64,000 nt of DNA, from NCBI RefSeq assembly GCF_006345805.1, contig NC_043014.1, positions 46,748,001 to 46,812,000 of the forward strand. The letters run 5' to 3'. Below are positions 24,454 through 40,245 of this stretch, piece after piece. Source of the stretch: Octopus sinensis (Eukaryota). Made by a program: the position numbers and the translations under genes. The notes under the pieces are model-generated. The model saw only the letters and a list, made by a program, of their open reading frames with translations, did no database searches and had not been told where the DNA came from. Within the stretch, counting starts at the first letter, position 1. The number at the start of each line of letters is the position of its first letter.

Positions 24454-25360
24454 AGACACATACATACATGCATACATATATATATATATACACAGATACA
24501 TACATACAACATATATATATATACACACAACATACATACATACATATATATATATACACACATAACATACATACATACATATCATATACACACACATACA
24601 TACATACATACATATATATAAACACACAAAAATCAACATACATAACATATATATATACACATACATACAGACATACATACATACATCTATATATATACAC
24701 ATACATACATACTCATACATATTTATATATACATATACACATACATACATACATATATATATACACATACATACATACATATATATATACACATACATAC
24801 ATTACATATATATTACACATACATACATATATAATATAAACATACATACATATATTATATATACACATACATACATATATATAATACACATACATACATA
24901 TATATATACACATACATACATATATATATACACAATACATACATATATATATATACACATTACATACATACATTATATATATGTACCACACACATACATA
25001 CAATACATATGTATATATAAAACTACATATACATACATATATATATATACAACACATACATAATATATATATATGCACACATACATACATATATATATAT
25101 GCACCCATACATACAATATATATGCACACACATACATACATATATATATGCACACACATACATACATATATATATGCACACACATACATACATATATATA
25201 TATGCACACACATACATACATACATATATATGCACGCACATACATATATACACACACATACAAACACATATATACACACATACATATATATATATAGACG
25301 CACATATATATATACACACACACACACACATATCTATATATCTATATATATAAGGGCGGG
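24040..25360. repeat. 1.3-kb compound (TA/CA/TACA) microsatellite
   Basis: Directly visible. Confidence 0.95.
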
Positions 25361-26274
25361 TATGAATGTACACGCGTGCGTTTGAATGTGTGCGACACAT
25401 TAGTATTTGTGTGCATATGTGTGTATGAAAATCCGTTCATGTATATATAATTCCAAGTTTGTATGTACACATAAACGCACGCACACAGACACACACACAC
25501 ACAATCACTTAGAATTGATGTCTACACACACACACACACACACACACAGAAAGTCAAGTATTGATGTGTAAACACAGCCAGTAGACAGAAGCCCAGTGAC
25601 CAGTGTTGGAACAGAACTAAGGGTGGTCCAACGCGACCAACTGTGTACTAAACCATTGTCATATTTTACATAAGGAAATATAATATATAATTCTATTACA
25701 AGGTTGGTCTCTCACATTCCATTATTTTCTATGTGTATATAATGTGTGTGTATAATTCTCTACACCCGATGAGGTGTTTGCAGGCTTATGTATTAATCTC
25801 CATGCGGTTTTTTTGTGTACGTAGGTAAATATGTGTGTGTGTGAGTGTGTGTGTGTAATTCTTTCGAATTTTTGGGGACAAGGCGAGTAATTTAGGGGGA
25901 TAGATTGGTGGGGTTATCGATTAGATTGATCTCAGTACTCAACTCGTACTCTATTTTATCGGTCCCCTCAAAAGAAGGGTGAAAGGAAAAGCTGAGCTCG
26001 GAGGAATTTGAGCTCAACAAGTGCGGAGTGTATATGTATTGGTGTGTATATGTATTTGAATTGTATATGTTTCTTTCTGTATGCTTATGTGTATGTATTC
26101 GTAAATATAAATATTTCTATGTGCGCACGTGTGTGTGTGTGTAACTGAGTGTGTATATATTCACTATACGTTAGGACGATATTTGTCAATGCGTATAGAT
26201 ATACGCATGGGCTTTTTATATGCGTCTATATGTCGGTCGGTATATATTATATACGCGATATATAGCGTGTATTA

Positions 26275-26435
26275 AGGCGGCGAGCTGGCAGAAACGTTAG
26301 CACGCCGGGCGAAGTGCGTAGCGGTATTTCGTCTGCCGTTACGTTGTGAGTTCAAATTCCGCCGAGGTCGACTTTGCCTTTCATCCTTTCGGGGTCGATA
26401 AATTAAGTACCAGTTACGCACTGGGGTCGATGTAA
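26275..26435 (+). mobile_element. SINE family A, 3'-truncated
   Basis: aaggcggcgagctggcagaaacgttagc head plus core. Confidence 0.85.
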
Positions 26436-26473
26436 TAAAGAAACAAATATATAGCGTGTATTATTGACACTAG

Positions 26474-26480
<7 letters not shown>

Positions 26481-26505
<25 letters not shown>

Positions 26506-27274
26506 TGTTTATGTTTTATTGTGTATGTTTATGTATAGGTATCGATGAATATACCTGTGTGCTTGGATGCAAGTTTGTTAATGTAGAAGCGAATGTACGA
26601 TTGTATATAATTATAAGTATGCCCATATATAGGCACAGGCTTGGTCGCGTGGATAGGAAGCTGGCTTCGCAACCACGTGGTTTCAGGTTCGATACTAACT
26701 GGGCGACGCTATGAGCAATAAGCCCCGGATTGACCAATGCGTTCTGAGTGAATTCACAGACTGAAACTGCGGAAACCCGTGTGTGTGTTCGTTTTCTTTC
26801 CCCCACACCGGCTCCGGCCTGTAAAAAATTAGAATGGAAAGAAATAACAGGATTAGTGCCAACCTCAAAAATAAGTACTGGGGCCAGTCTATTCGATGAA
26901 ACCCTTTACTTATTTTTGAGGTTGGCACTAATCCTGTTATTTCTTTCCATTCTAATTTTTTACAGGCCGGAGCCGGTGTGGGGGAAAGAAAACGAACACA
27001 CACACGGGTTTCCGCAGTTTCAGTCTGTGAATTCACTCAGAACGCATTGGTCAATCCGGGGCTTATTGCTCATAGCGTCGCCCAGTTAGTATCGAACCTG
27101 AAACCACGTGGTTGCGAAGCCAGCTTCCTATCCACGCGACCAAGCCTGTGCCTATATATGGGCATACTTATAATTATATACAATCGTACATTCGCTTCTA
27201 CATTAACAAACTTGCATCCAAGCACACAGGTATATTCATCGATACCTATACATAAACATACACAATAAAACATA

Positions 27275-27303
<29 letters not shown>
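26481..27303. repeat. Perfect inverted duplication, ~397-bp arms with 29-nt spacer
   Basis: Position i pairs with 53784-i; spacer 26878-26906; identical ORFs on opposite strands in the ORF track. Confidence 0.95.
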
Positions 27304-27309
<6 letters not shown>

Positions 27310-27317
27310 CACACACA

Positions 27318-27705
27318 CAGGCGTAGTGTGGCTGTGTGGTAAGAAGCTTGCTTACCAACCACACGGTTCTGGGGTCAATCCCCCTACGTGGCATCTTGGG
27401 CAAATATAGTCTACTATAGCCTCGGGCCGACTGAAACCTTGTGTGTGGATTTGGTAGACGGAAATTGAAAAAAGCACGTCGTATATATGTGCGTGTATAT
27501 TTGTGTGTGTGTGTTTGTGTTTATCTCCCACCATCACTTCACAACCGATGTTGGTGTGTTTACGTCCCCGTAACCTAGCGGTTCGAGAAAAGACCCCGAT
27601 AGGATAAGTTCTAGGCTTATAAAGAATAAGTCCTGTGGTCGACTTGTTCGACTAAAGGTGGTGCTCCAGCATGGCCGCAGTCAAATGGCTGAAATAAAAG
27701 CATTA
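27318..27705 (+). mobile_element. SINE family B
   Basis: Head-hub-tail. Confidence 0.8.
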
Positions 27706-27725
27706 AAGAATGTGTGTGTGTGTAT

Positions 27726-27764
<39 letters not shown>

Positions 27765-28004
27765 CTAATCGAACTCCCATCTTTTACAGACCCTGTGTGT
27801 GTGTGTTTCGTTCCCTGTTCAAATTCGACTTTACCTTTCATCCTTTCGGCGTCGATAAAATAAGTACCAGTTATGCACTGGGGTCGATGTAATCGACTTA
27901 TCCACCCCACCCACCGAACTTGCTGGCCTTGTGCTAAAATTTGAAACCAATATGTATATGTATGCTTATATAAACCAATGTGTAAGAGTGAATGTGTGCA
28001 TGGC

Positions 28005-28299
28005 TGTAACACACACACACACACGTAACATGTACACTAAACATTTGTGTGCAGGTCCTCCGACAAAGTGAAAGTAGGGCCCCGCTCAAAATCCTAGGGT
28101 CTGAGTGTTTGTTTCTTTGCTTGTTTTTCTTTTTTATAGATCGAAGCCTACACACACACACACACACACACACGTAACATGTACAATGAACACTTGTGTG
28201 CAGGTCCTCCGACAAAGTGAAAGTAGGGCTCTTCTCAAAATCCTAGAGTCTGAGTGTTTGTTTCTTTGCTTGTTTTTCTTTTTTTATAGATCGAAGCCT
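28005..28299 (+). repeat. 149-bp tandem duplication
   Basis: caggtcctccgacaaagtgaaagtaggg at 28052 and 28201. Confidence 0.9.
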
Positions 28300-28522
28300 G
28301 CAAGATCATCATCGACCTCATCTTAGCTCTCCGAGCCCTGGACCGATCTACTAATCGAACTCCCATCTTTTACAGACCCTATACGAGTGTATACACACGT
28401 GTCTGAGCATGTGTGTGTATGTATATGTAGTCCTAACATACCAGACAGTTTCTTGCGTGTGTGTATGGTTGCGTGTAGTCTCGTACCTAAATATGTGTGT
28501 ATCTATATGTGTGTGTGTGTAA

Positions 28523-28555
<33 letters not shown>

Positions 28556-28954
28556 ATATATATTAGTATGTGTACGTGCGTGTATATGAGTGTATATACC
28601 GCATGTGCATGTATTGTTTTACCTTGAAATTTATTCAAATTCTTCACAAAATCGATACCGGATGCTGCTGGAATTAATGAATATATGATGAGTGTGCAGC
28701 ATGCGTGCATGTTTGTGTGTGTTGTGTGTTGTGTAAGTACTGAGGCGATTCATTGGACTAAAACAAATGTTCAAGGTGGTGCTCCAACATGGCCGCAGTC
28801 TAAAGACTGAAACAAGTAATAGATAACGATAAGAGATGTATGTATATACACGCGTGTTTGTTGTGTGCATGTGTGTGTGTGTGTGTGTGTGCGGCGTGTA
28901 TTATGTATGCGTATATAGGTTCATGTGAGAGATATATATGCCCACTCATGTTAT

Positions 28955-29054
28955 NNNNNNNNNNNNNNNNNNNNNNNNNNNNNNNNNNNNNNNNNNNNNN
29001 NNNNNNNNNNNNNNNNNNNNNNNNNNNNNNNNNNNNNNNNNNNNNNNNNNNNNN
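28955..29054. other. Assembly gap (100 N)
   Basis: N run. Confidence 1.
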
Positions 29055-29089
29055 ACATTAGTTTTGTTGTTCTTTTCTTCTTCTTCTTC

Positions 29090-29353
29090 TTATCATCATT
29101 ATTATTATTGTTGTTGTTGTTATTATTATCATCATCATCATCATCATCATCAATGCTGTCATTATCATCAACTTCATCATTATCATCATTATCACTATCA
29201 TCACATCATCATCATCGCCATCATCGCCATCATCGCCATCATCATCATTATCATCATCATTATTATCACCACCACCACCACCATTATCATCAACACCAAT
29301 ACCACCACCACTATCATCATTATCAACTTCATTATCACCATCATCAACTTCAC

Positions 29354-29384
<31 letters not shown>

Positions 29385-29486
29385 GCCATCATCATCATCC
29401 TCATTACCACTACCATCTCCACCACCATTATCATCACCACCACCACCACCACCACCACCACCACCACCACTATCATCATTATCAAC

Positions 29487-29528
<42 letters not shown>

Positions 29529-29880
29529 GCCATCATCACCATCATCGTCATTATCATCATCATTATTATAACCATCATCACCATCATCATCATCCTCATT
29601 ATCACTACCATCTCCACCACCATTATCATCACTACCACCACCACTATCATCATTATCAACTTCATTATCATCATCATCATCATTGCCATCATCATCATCA
29701 TCATCATCGCCATCATCATCATCAACATCATCATCATCATTATTATCCGCATCAACACCATCATCATCATCCTCATTACCACCACCATCACCACCACCAC
29801 CACTATCATCATCATCATCAACGTCATTATCGCCATCACCATCATACCATCATCATCATCACCATCATCATCATTGTTAT
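29090..29880. repeat. (CAT/CAC/TAT)n triplet block
   Basis: Directly visible. Confidence 0.95.
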
Positions 29881-30101
29881 TATCAAGGTGGTGTGTGTTG
29901 GCAGAACTGAGAGCATGCTTGACGAAATGCTTTGTTGCATTTCATCCACTTTTATGTTCTGGGTTCGATTTCCGCAAAGGTCAACTTTGCCTTTCATTCT
30001 TTCAGGGTCAATAATTACCAGTTGAGCACTAGGGTCTATGTAATCAACTATCCCCCACCAAAAACTTTTAGACCTTGTTCTGACAGTAGAAAGAATTATT
30101 A

Positions 30102-30153
<52 letters not shown>

Positions 30154-30216
30154 TTTTTTTATTATTATTATTGAGTGAGAGATCAGTTCATGCCATCAAA
30201 GTGACACTGGGGTAAA

Positions 30217-30258
<42 letters not shown>

Positions 30259-30403
30259 GTCAACCATGAAATTCCACCGAGGTTGACTTTGCCTTCCATC
30301 CTTTTGAGGTCAATAGATTAAGTACCAGTCATGTACTGGGGTCGATGATTTAATTGACTTTCTCCTCCCCCAAATTTCAGGCGTTGTGCCTATTGTAGAA
30401 AGG

Positions 30404-30457
<54 letters not shown>

Positions 30458-30677
30458 TCCTTCTTTCTTCAAATTTTCTTCCGTTTCTCGCCGAGTGTTT
30501 TTCCATACACCTAGGGGAGTGAAGCTCATTGAATGCATTCCCATATTACACATGCAAATTCACAGATAAAAAATATGTATTTAAAAATTTATAAATAAAT
30601 AAATTCATGATTGGATGTTGTTTTCACAGCAATAATGCTCTTCTCAGTACATGAGAATACATATTATAATTATAATA

Positions 30678-30717
<40 letters not shown>

Positions 30718-30807
30718 ATCACATACATTCTTTGTTTTGTCCTGTGCTGTCCACAATGTTTTTCTTAATATAAACCCTAGTGGTTAATAAAAAAATCATT
30801 ATCATCA

Positions 30808-30854
<47 letters not shown>

Positions 30855-30905
30855 GAGTGAGAGAGCAGTTCATGCCATCATATTATTATTATTATTATTA
30901 TTATT

Positions 30906-30938
<33 letters not shown>

Positions 30939-31321
30939 GTCATCTTAATGCCTATTCTTGCTGTTGGAGTTGTTTTCTTTAGTGTTGCCTCTGTTATTGT
31001 TAACTGTTATAGTTACATGTTATTGTTGTTAATGTTGCCATGTCCTTGACACGGTTCAGCTCCTGGAGATCAACTTTCAACTGCTTATTCCCTCATCTTT
31101 CTCGACTTCCTTCTTTGATATTCCTTCTACTAAGTCACCCTTATAAAGTACCCAACTTTCACCTTTCCATGTGGCTTCCTCAATACAGTCTTACTGCCGC
31201 TACACCCAAAATCTAATTCCTTGTCTTCCCAAGTTTGCTCTTGGCACATTTATACCCTGTTGCTCATGCACACTTACATTGAACAGCCAGCAAAGCATGC
31301 ATGTCTCATATATCTTCCACA

Positions 31322-32050
31322 TAGGCGTAGGAGTGGTTGTGTGGTAAGTAGCTTGCTTACCAACCTCATGGTTCCAGGTTCAGTCCCACTGTGTGGCACA
31401 TTGGGCAAGTGTCTTCTACTATGGAGGCACATGGTCTAGTGGTTAGAGCAGTGGACTCGTGGTCAAGGGATCATGGGTTCGAATCTCAGACCGGGCTGTG
31501 TGTGTGTTTATAAGCAAAACACCTAAGCTCCGCGTGGCTCCGGCTGAAGGTAAGAGTGAACTTCTGCTGACTCTTTCGCCACAACATTCTCTCATTCTTT
31601 TCTCCTGCATCTTGCAGCTCACCTGCGACAGACCAGCGTCCTGTCCAGGTGGGGAACCTGTACACCAAAGAAACCGGGAAACCGGCCCTTATAAGCCAGG
31701 CATGGCTCTAGAAGGAACAAACAAACTTCTACTATATACTCAGGCCGACCAAAGCCTTGTGAGTGGATTTGGTAGATGGAAACTGAAAGAAGTCTGTCGT
31801 ATATATGTATATATATATGTATGCATGTGTGTCTATGTGTATGTTTGTGTGTCTGCGTCTGTCCCCCTGACATCGTTTGACAACCAATGCTGGTGTGTTA
31901 GGTCCCTGTAACTTAGCAGTTCGGCAAAAGAGACCGATAGAATAAGTACTAGGCTTACAAAGAATAAACACTGGGGTCGATTTGCTTGACTAAAGGCGGT
32001 GCTCCAGCATGGCCACAGTCAAATGACTGAAACAAGTAAAACAGTAAAAC
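31322..32050 (+). mobile_element. SINE family B interrupted by a nested SINE
   Basis: Head 31322-31422, remainder 31736-32050. Confidence 0.85.
31423..31725 (+). mobile_element. Nested SINE (family E: C-like head, different tail) with a 10-bp TSD
   Basis: TSD cttctactat at 31413-31422 and 31726-31735. Confidence 0.85.
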
Positions 32051-32461
32051 AGTATTCCATCCATCCATTTTTCTCTGCCTACTTATTCCTGCAAGGGTCT
32101 TTGGAGTAGAGCCCTCAAGCACCCCCTTCATAGGGTTCTGTCAGGAGCAACCATCATTACACTTTCCTCATCACAATTACTAATACTTGTTCCCTCCTGG
32201 GCCCACTTCGAAACCCTGGGCTTATTGCTGGTAGTACCAGCATTAGGTGGTGACTGCAATGTATTTTTCAAACAGATCGCTCTATCTAAGGTCAGAATGC
32301 ATCCTTTATAAGCCAACTGTATGGTTATACTTTTGAGCCCTTTTCATATGGCAGCTTTTGGTGGCCTTATATATATATATATACATATATATATAGGTAA
32401 AACGGTAAGATAACAAAATAAAGAAAGAGACTCCCATATTATGTAAATAGAGGAAATTTAT

Positions 32462-32597
32462 CTGTAAAATATGTGACAATTATTCGTTAGCCAAGATAAA
32501 ACTCTTCGAAGAGATGGTGGTGTGGATTTCCACCTCGGCATCCGAAACTTAGAGTTTTATCTTAGCTACCAAATAATTGTCACATATTATTTTACAG
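32462..32597 (+). repeat. Fold-back element whose apex is a degenerate hammerhead core
   Basis: Arms 32462-32505 / 32551-32597 enclose UCGAAGA-GAUG..CAUCC-GAAA-CUU. Confidence 0.7.
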
Positions 32598-32599
32598 TT

Positions 32600-32785
32600 G
32601 GCGATTTTTATCCTCTGTCTTCCCTTCTCTGGATCTTTCCTTTTCCTATGTTTCCGATGAAAAGCTCCACTCGAAACATTAAACCCTCCTTCTTTCCTTC
32701 TTTCATGACCGTCCAATAATACTATATTTGTTCCACGTCCACACGTTGTTGTGTTTCTTTGTGCTTTCTTGTTTGGATTAACTTT
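32600..32785 (+). mobile_element. Penelope-like pLTR fragment, family P-a, decayed hammerhead at 32650-32684
   Basis: guuu-CCGAUGA-..-GAAA-CAUU-aaac; homologous to 43590-43790 and 47290-47490. Confidence 0.55.
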
Positions 32786-32804
32786 ATATATATATATATA
32801 TCGT

Positions 32805-33165
32805 CATGGCACTCCGTCAGTTACAACAACAAGGATTCCAGTTGATCCAATCAACGGAACAGCTAGCTCATGAAATTAACGTGTAAGTAGCTGAGCACTC
32901 CACTGACACGTGTATCCTTAACATAGTTCTCAGAGAAATTCAGCATGACGCAGTGTGTGACAAGGCTGGCCCTTTGAAATACAGGCACAACAGAAACAGG
33001 AAGAAAGAGTGAGAAGAAGTTGTGGTGAAAGTGTACAGCAGGATTCACCACCATCCCCTGCAGGATCTTCACGGAGCTTTTGGTGTTTTCACTTAATAAA
33101 CACTTACAACAGCCAGTCTGGGGATCGAAACTGCAATCCTACGACCATGAGTCCACTGCGCCTCC
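32805..33165 (-). mobile_element. SINE family C, diverged
   Basis: Family match. Confidence 0.8.
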
Positions 33166-33188
33166 ACTATATATAATATATATATATA

Positions 33189-33412
33189 TATATATACCAA
33201 TTAAGGACTGAACACGAAAAGTGGACAGTCAACATGCTAGATATAGACGTCAAATCGCCATTCTCCACAAAGATTATGTTCTCAAATAAAACTCAGCACA
33301 AAAGCTGAGTTTTATTTGAGAACATAATCTTTGTGGAGAATGGCGATTTGACGTCTATATCTAGCATGTTGACTGTCCACTTTTCGTGTTCAGTCCTTAA
33401 TTGGTATATATA
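33189..33412. repeat. Perfect hairpin: 101-bp unique arms (plus TA) with a 6-nt loop
   Basis: 33197-33297 is the exact reverse complement of 33304-33404; loop acaaaa. Confidence 0.95.
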
Positions 33413-33493
33413 AATATTTTAATCTTCGGGTTCTTTTTTAATATGCTAGACCACTGGTTTTAATTGACTAATATCAATTTCTACCTAATATCA

Positions 33494-33537
<44 letters not shown>

Positions 33538-33710
33538 ATGCATGTGCATATGCTTACATATATGAACCAGGGGCAGCTGATGAAGGGGAATATTCCTTGT
33601 ATTGTTTGTCCTGTACTCTGTTTTTTCGTTGTTAAAAAAAGTCTGTTTCCTTGTTTGATTTTATGTTTTCGTTTCTCGTTGTGTTCTACGTTTATTTGTG
33701 GTGTCCTGTA

Positions 33711-33766
<56 letters not shown>

Positions 33767-33793
33767 ATGCATGTATATATACATATTAATTGT

Positions 33794-33827
<34 letters not shown>

Positions 33828-34379
33828 ATATATATATATAATATATATATATATATTATATATATATACACATATATATATATACATATACATATACATA
33901 TATATATATATATGTACTTATTGTATAAGTTTATAGATAGGTGGTGCTCCAGCTTGGCCACAGTCAAAATGACTGAAACAAGTAAAAGAATATGTGTTTG
34001 TGTGTGTGTGTGTGTATTTGCACGCACACACACACACACAGATCGATGTATATACATTTATATGTATATCAACATACATATACATGCACATTAGCTTTCA
34101 AGCACATACACGCATACATACATGCTCGTATACACACACACACACACATACGTACGCACATCTCTAAACAAAACCAGTTAATGATGTAACTGTCTCTTCT
34201 GCGCAGTGACAAAATTACAGAACGTAGGTTTTGTGCGAGATGGTGGTGGGGGGAGCAGAAGAGGGAGCGACTGGAAGCGAAGCAGGGTGGAAGATCAGGG
34301 TGGTAGGGGCCACAGGGTAGTGGATTAAACAAGTTGTAGGAGATTAAATAAGACATTTCCTTAATTGGTCAACAAGAGT

Positions 34380-36790
<2,411 letters not shown>

Positions 36791-37217
36791 ATAATCCTCT
36801 ATTTCTCTAATATCAAGGCTCATTGTTTTGTTGTGACATTTTATTATAATTATTATTATATATACACTATATATAAACATATCAAAAGGATGTTATAATA
36901 CTATTCCACATATACAAAAACAGCCATACTAACAATCCAGCATGTTATCCATCATTAGCTGCCACACAGAGATCATTATGGTTTCGACACCTAAACAGTA
37001 CCATTCAATCCGGCAGTGTCAACAGCACTAAAATAAGTGTTGTTTGGGAACAAGCATACAAATGAAACCACAACTTTCAAACACATTTACCCTGTGTACA
37101 ACAGTATCAGTAAATAAATTCAATAAGTAAATCTGTAGAAGACACTTGCTCAAGGTGTCACTCAGTGGGACTGAACTCAGAACCATGTGGTTGAGAAGCA
37201 AGTTTGTGCCTACATAG

Positions 37218-37261
<44 letters not shown>

Positions 37262-37319
37262 TATAATATATATATATATAATATATATATATATATACAC
37301 ACACACATATATATACTGA

Positions 37320-37720
37320 GGTGGTGAGCTGGCAGAAACGTTAGCATGCCGGGCGAAATGCTTAGCGGTATTTCGTCTGCCGTTACGTTCTGAGTTCAAA
37401 TTCCGCCGAGTTCGACTTTGCCTTTCATCCTTTCGGGGTCGATAAATTAAATACCAGTTACGCACTGGGGTCGATGTAATCGACTTAATCCATTTGTCTG
37501 TCCTTGTTTGTCCCCTCTGTGTTTAGCCCCTTGTGGGTAGTAAAGAAATAGGTATTTCATCTGTCATTACGTTCTGAGTTCAAATTCCGCAGAGGTCAAC
37601 TTTGCCTTTCATCCTTTTGGTGGGGTTGATAAATTAAGTACCAGTTGTGAACTGGGGTCGATCTAATTGACTAGTCCCCTCCCCAAAAATTTCAGGCCTT
37701 GTGCCAAGAGTAGAAAAGAA
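37320..37720 (+). mobile_element. SINE family A with a duplicated body
   Basis: Head, core and tail, then a second core unit from 37550. Confidence 0.85.
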
Positions 37721-37944
37721 TGTAGATGGCATAGCTTGAGTTTATGTCACCAGAGACAGTTCCTGAATCTGTCACCCCTACCAATACAAATGAACCATTC
37801 CCTTGTCCTCTCTCCTTCATGCTACATTTATGTATGACCCTATACTATATTTGTATTTGATACACCGTGTGACCTCCTGGGGTATATTTTGTCGGCCATA
37901 CTGTTGACATTCATAATCCACATCATTACACACACACACATAGA

Positions 37945-37945
37945 A

Positions 37946-37992
<47 letters not shown>

Positions 37993-38017
37993 CACAAGCA
38001 CTCACACACACAAACAC

Positions 38018-38079
<62 letters not shown>

Positions 38080-38292
38080 GTAGGTAGATAGATAGATAGA
38101 TAGATAGGTAGGTAGGTAGGTAGGTAGGTAAGTAGGTAGGTAAGTAGGTAGGTAGGTAGGTAGGTAGGTAAGTAGGTAGGTAGGTAGAGAGAGAGAGAGA
38201 GAGAGAGAGGAGTAAGCTAGATAGATAGATAAATAGATAGATAGATAGGTATGTAGGTAGATAGATAAACATACATACATACATACATACAT

Positions 38293-38325
<33 letters not shown>

Positions 38326-38378
38326 TAGATAGATAGATAGATAGATAGGTAGGTAGGTAGGTAGGTAGATAGATAAAC

Positions 38379-38411
<33 letters not shown>

Positions 38412-38447
38412 TAGATAGATAGATTGATAGATAGTTAGATAGATAGT

Positions 38448-38511
<64 letters not shown>

Positions 38512-38540
38512 TAGATAGATAGAGAGATAGATAGATAGAA
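37945..38540. repeat. (GACA)n(GATA)n(GGTA)n tetranucleotide block
   Basis: Directly visible. Confidence 0.95.
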
Positions 38541-39113
38541 CTATTGATGTCCACAAACAGAGATGCAGGTGGAGAAGCAGGTAGGCAGATAAATAAATGT
38601 CATATTTAATTAGAGTTCCATCATTATAGCTATCAACCTTTCTCGAAGACATTGTAAATATTCTTTTGCTTCTTCTTACTTCCAGAACCTTCTTTTAGTT
38701 TCCTGTTGTTGTTGTTGTTGTTGTTGCTGCTGAAGCTTCCAACTTTTTTTTTTTTAACGTCTACATATGTATAAGTGTCTTGGTATGTAAATATGTGTGT
38801 ACGTACATGCCTGTATGCATGTGTACGTATGTGAACTATAAATGCGTATATAAGTATTGTTGTTGTTGTTGTTGTTCTACTGCTGCCACTACTGCTGCTG
38901 TTGTCGTTAAGGCAGAGAGAGCTAGGAGAATCATTAGCATCTTTAACATTCTGAGTTCAAATTCTGCCAAGGTAGACTTTGCCTGTCGTCTTTTTAGAGT
39001 CAACAAAATAAGTACCATTTGAGTATTGGGACCGGCATAATCAATTTGCCTCCAAACCCCAAATAGCTACCCTTGTGGCAAAATTTGAAACCACCACCAC
39101 CACCACCACCACC

Positions 39114-39166
<53 letters not shown>

Positions 39167-39173
39167 TATTATT

Positions 39174-39338
39174 ATTCATAAAATATAATTGCCAACTAGA
39201 TGTGGCGGTCCCATAGGGGACAATGCTACTGTTTTCTTTAGCCCCAGGAGGAATTTTCCTCCAGCTGTCTAACAACACACTATCTGTGTCTAATTAGCTT
39301 TCGCTAGGGGAAGACATCATTCACAGATTTAATATTGC

Positions 39339-39369
<31 letters not shown>

Positions 39370-39536
39370 CATTCATAAAATATAATTGCCAACTAGATGT
39401 GGCAGTCCCATACGGGACAATGCTACTGTTGTTTTTAGCCCCTGGAAGGACATTTCCTCCAGCTGGCTAAAGACACACTGTCTATGTCTGATTAGCATTC
39501 GCTAGGGGAAGTCATCACTCACAAATTTAATATTGC

Positions 39537-39545
<9 letters not shown>
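39174..39545 (+). repeat. ~197-bp direct duplication, each copy ending in (TTA)n; possible retroelement 3' end
   Basis: attcataaaatataattgccaactagatgtggc at 39174 and 39371. Confidence 0.8.
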
Positions 39546-39584
<39 letters not shown>

Positions 39585-39589
39585 TCTTG

Positions 39590-39968
39590 AAGCACCCCGT
39601 CGGTTACGATGATGAGGGTTCCGGTTGATCCGAATCAACGGAACAGCCTGCTCGTGAAATTAACGTGTAAGTGGCTGAGCACTCCACAGACACGTGTACC
39701 CTTAACGTAGTTCTCGGGGATATTCAGCATGACACAGAGAGTGACAAGGCCGGCCCTTGGAAATACAGGTACAACAGAAACAGGAAGTAAGAGTGAGAGA
39801 AAGTTGTGGTGAAAGAGTACAGCAGGGATCACCACCATCCCTGCCGGAGCCTAGTGGAGCTTTAGGTGTTTTCGCTCAATAAACACTCACAATGCCCGGT
39901 CTGGGAATCGAAACCGCGATCCTACGACCGCGAGTCCGCTGCCCTAACCACCGGGCCATTGCGCCTCC
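39590..39968 (-). mobile_element. Full-length SINE family C
   Basis: Near-consensus. Confidence 0.9.
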
Positions 39969-40039
39969 ATTATTATTATTATTATTATCATCATTATTAT
40001 TATTATTGTTATTATTGTTGTTGTTGTTATTACTATAAA

Positions 40040-40245
40040 TGCAGCGAGCTGACTGAGTTGTTAACATGCCAGGCAAAATGCATAGCAGCGTTTCATCTGA
40101 GTTCAAATTCTACTGAGGTCGACTTTGCCTTTCATCCTTTCAGAGTACATAAATTAAGTACCAGTGAAACAGAGGGGTCAATGTAATCAACTCATCCTCT
40201 CCCACCAAATTTCAGGCCTTGTGCCTTTAGTAAAAAGGATTAGTA
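40040..40245 (+). mobile_element. SINE family A, diverged
   Basis: Core and tail match. Confidence 0.75.

Noticed and set aside
24077-25400. Long ORFs (up to 217 aa) in both directions
   Set aside because: Translations of TA/CA microsatellite; stop-free only because of composition.
25575-25655. Exon-like unique island; similar ones at 5170-5290, 7623-7800 and 49390-49420
   Set aside because: Several frames and both strands are equally plausible; no recognisable protein.
26516-27318. Paired identical ORFs on opposite strands as duplicated genes
   Set aside because: A consequence of the palindrome; the sequence is a decayed SINE.
28925-30025. 366-aa poly-His / 358-aa poly-Ile ORFs
   Set aside because: (CAT/CAC)n repeat spanning an N gap; no domain. 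The same applies to 35316-35810, 41223-42287, 48408-49363 and 55443-55894.
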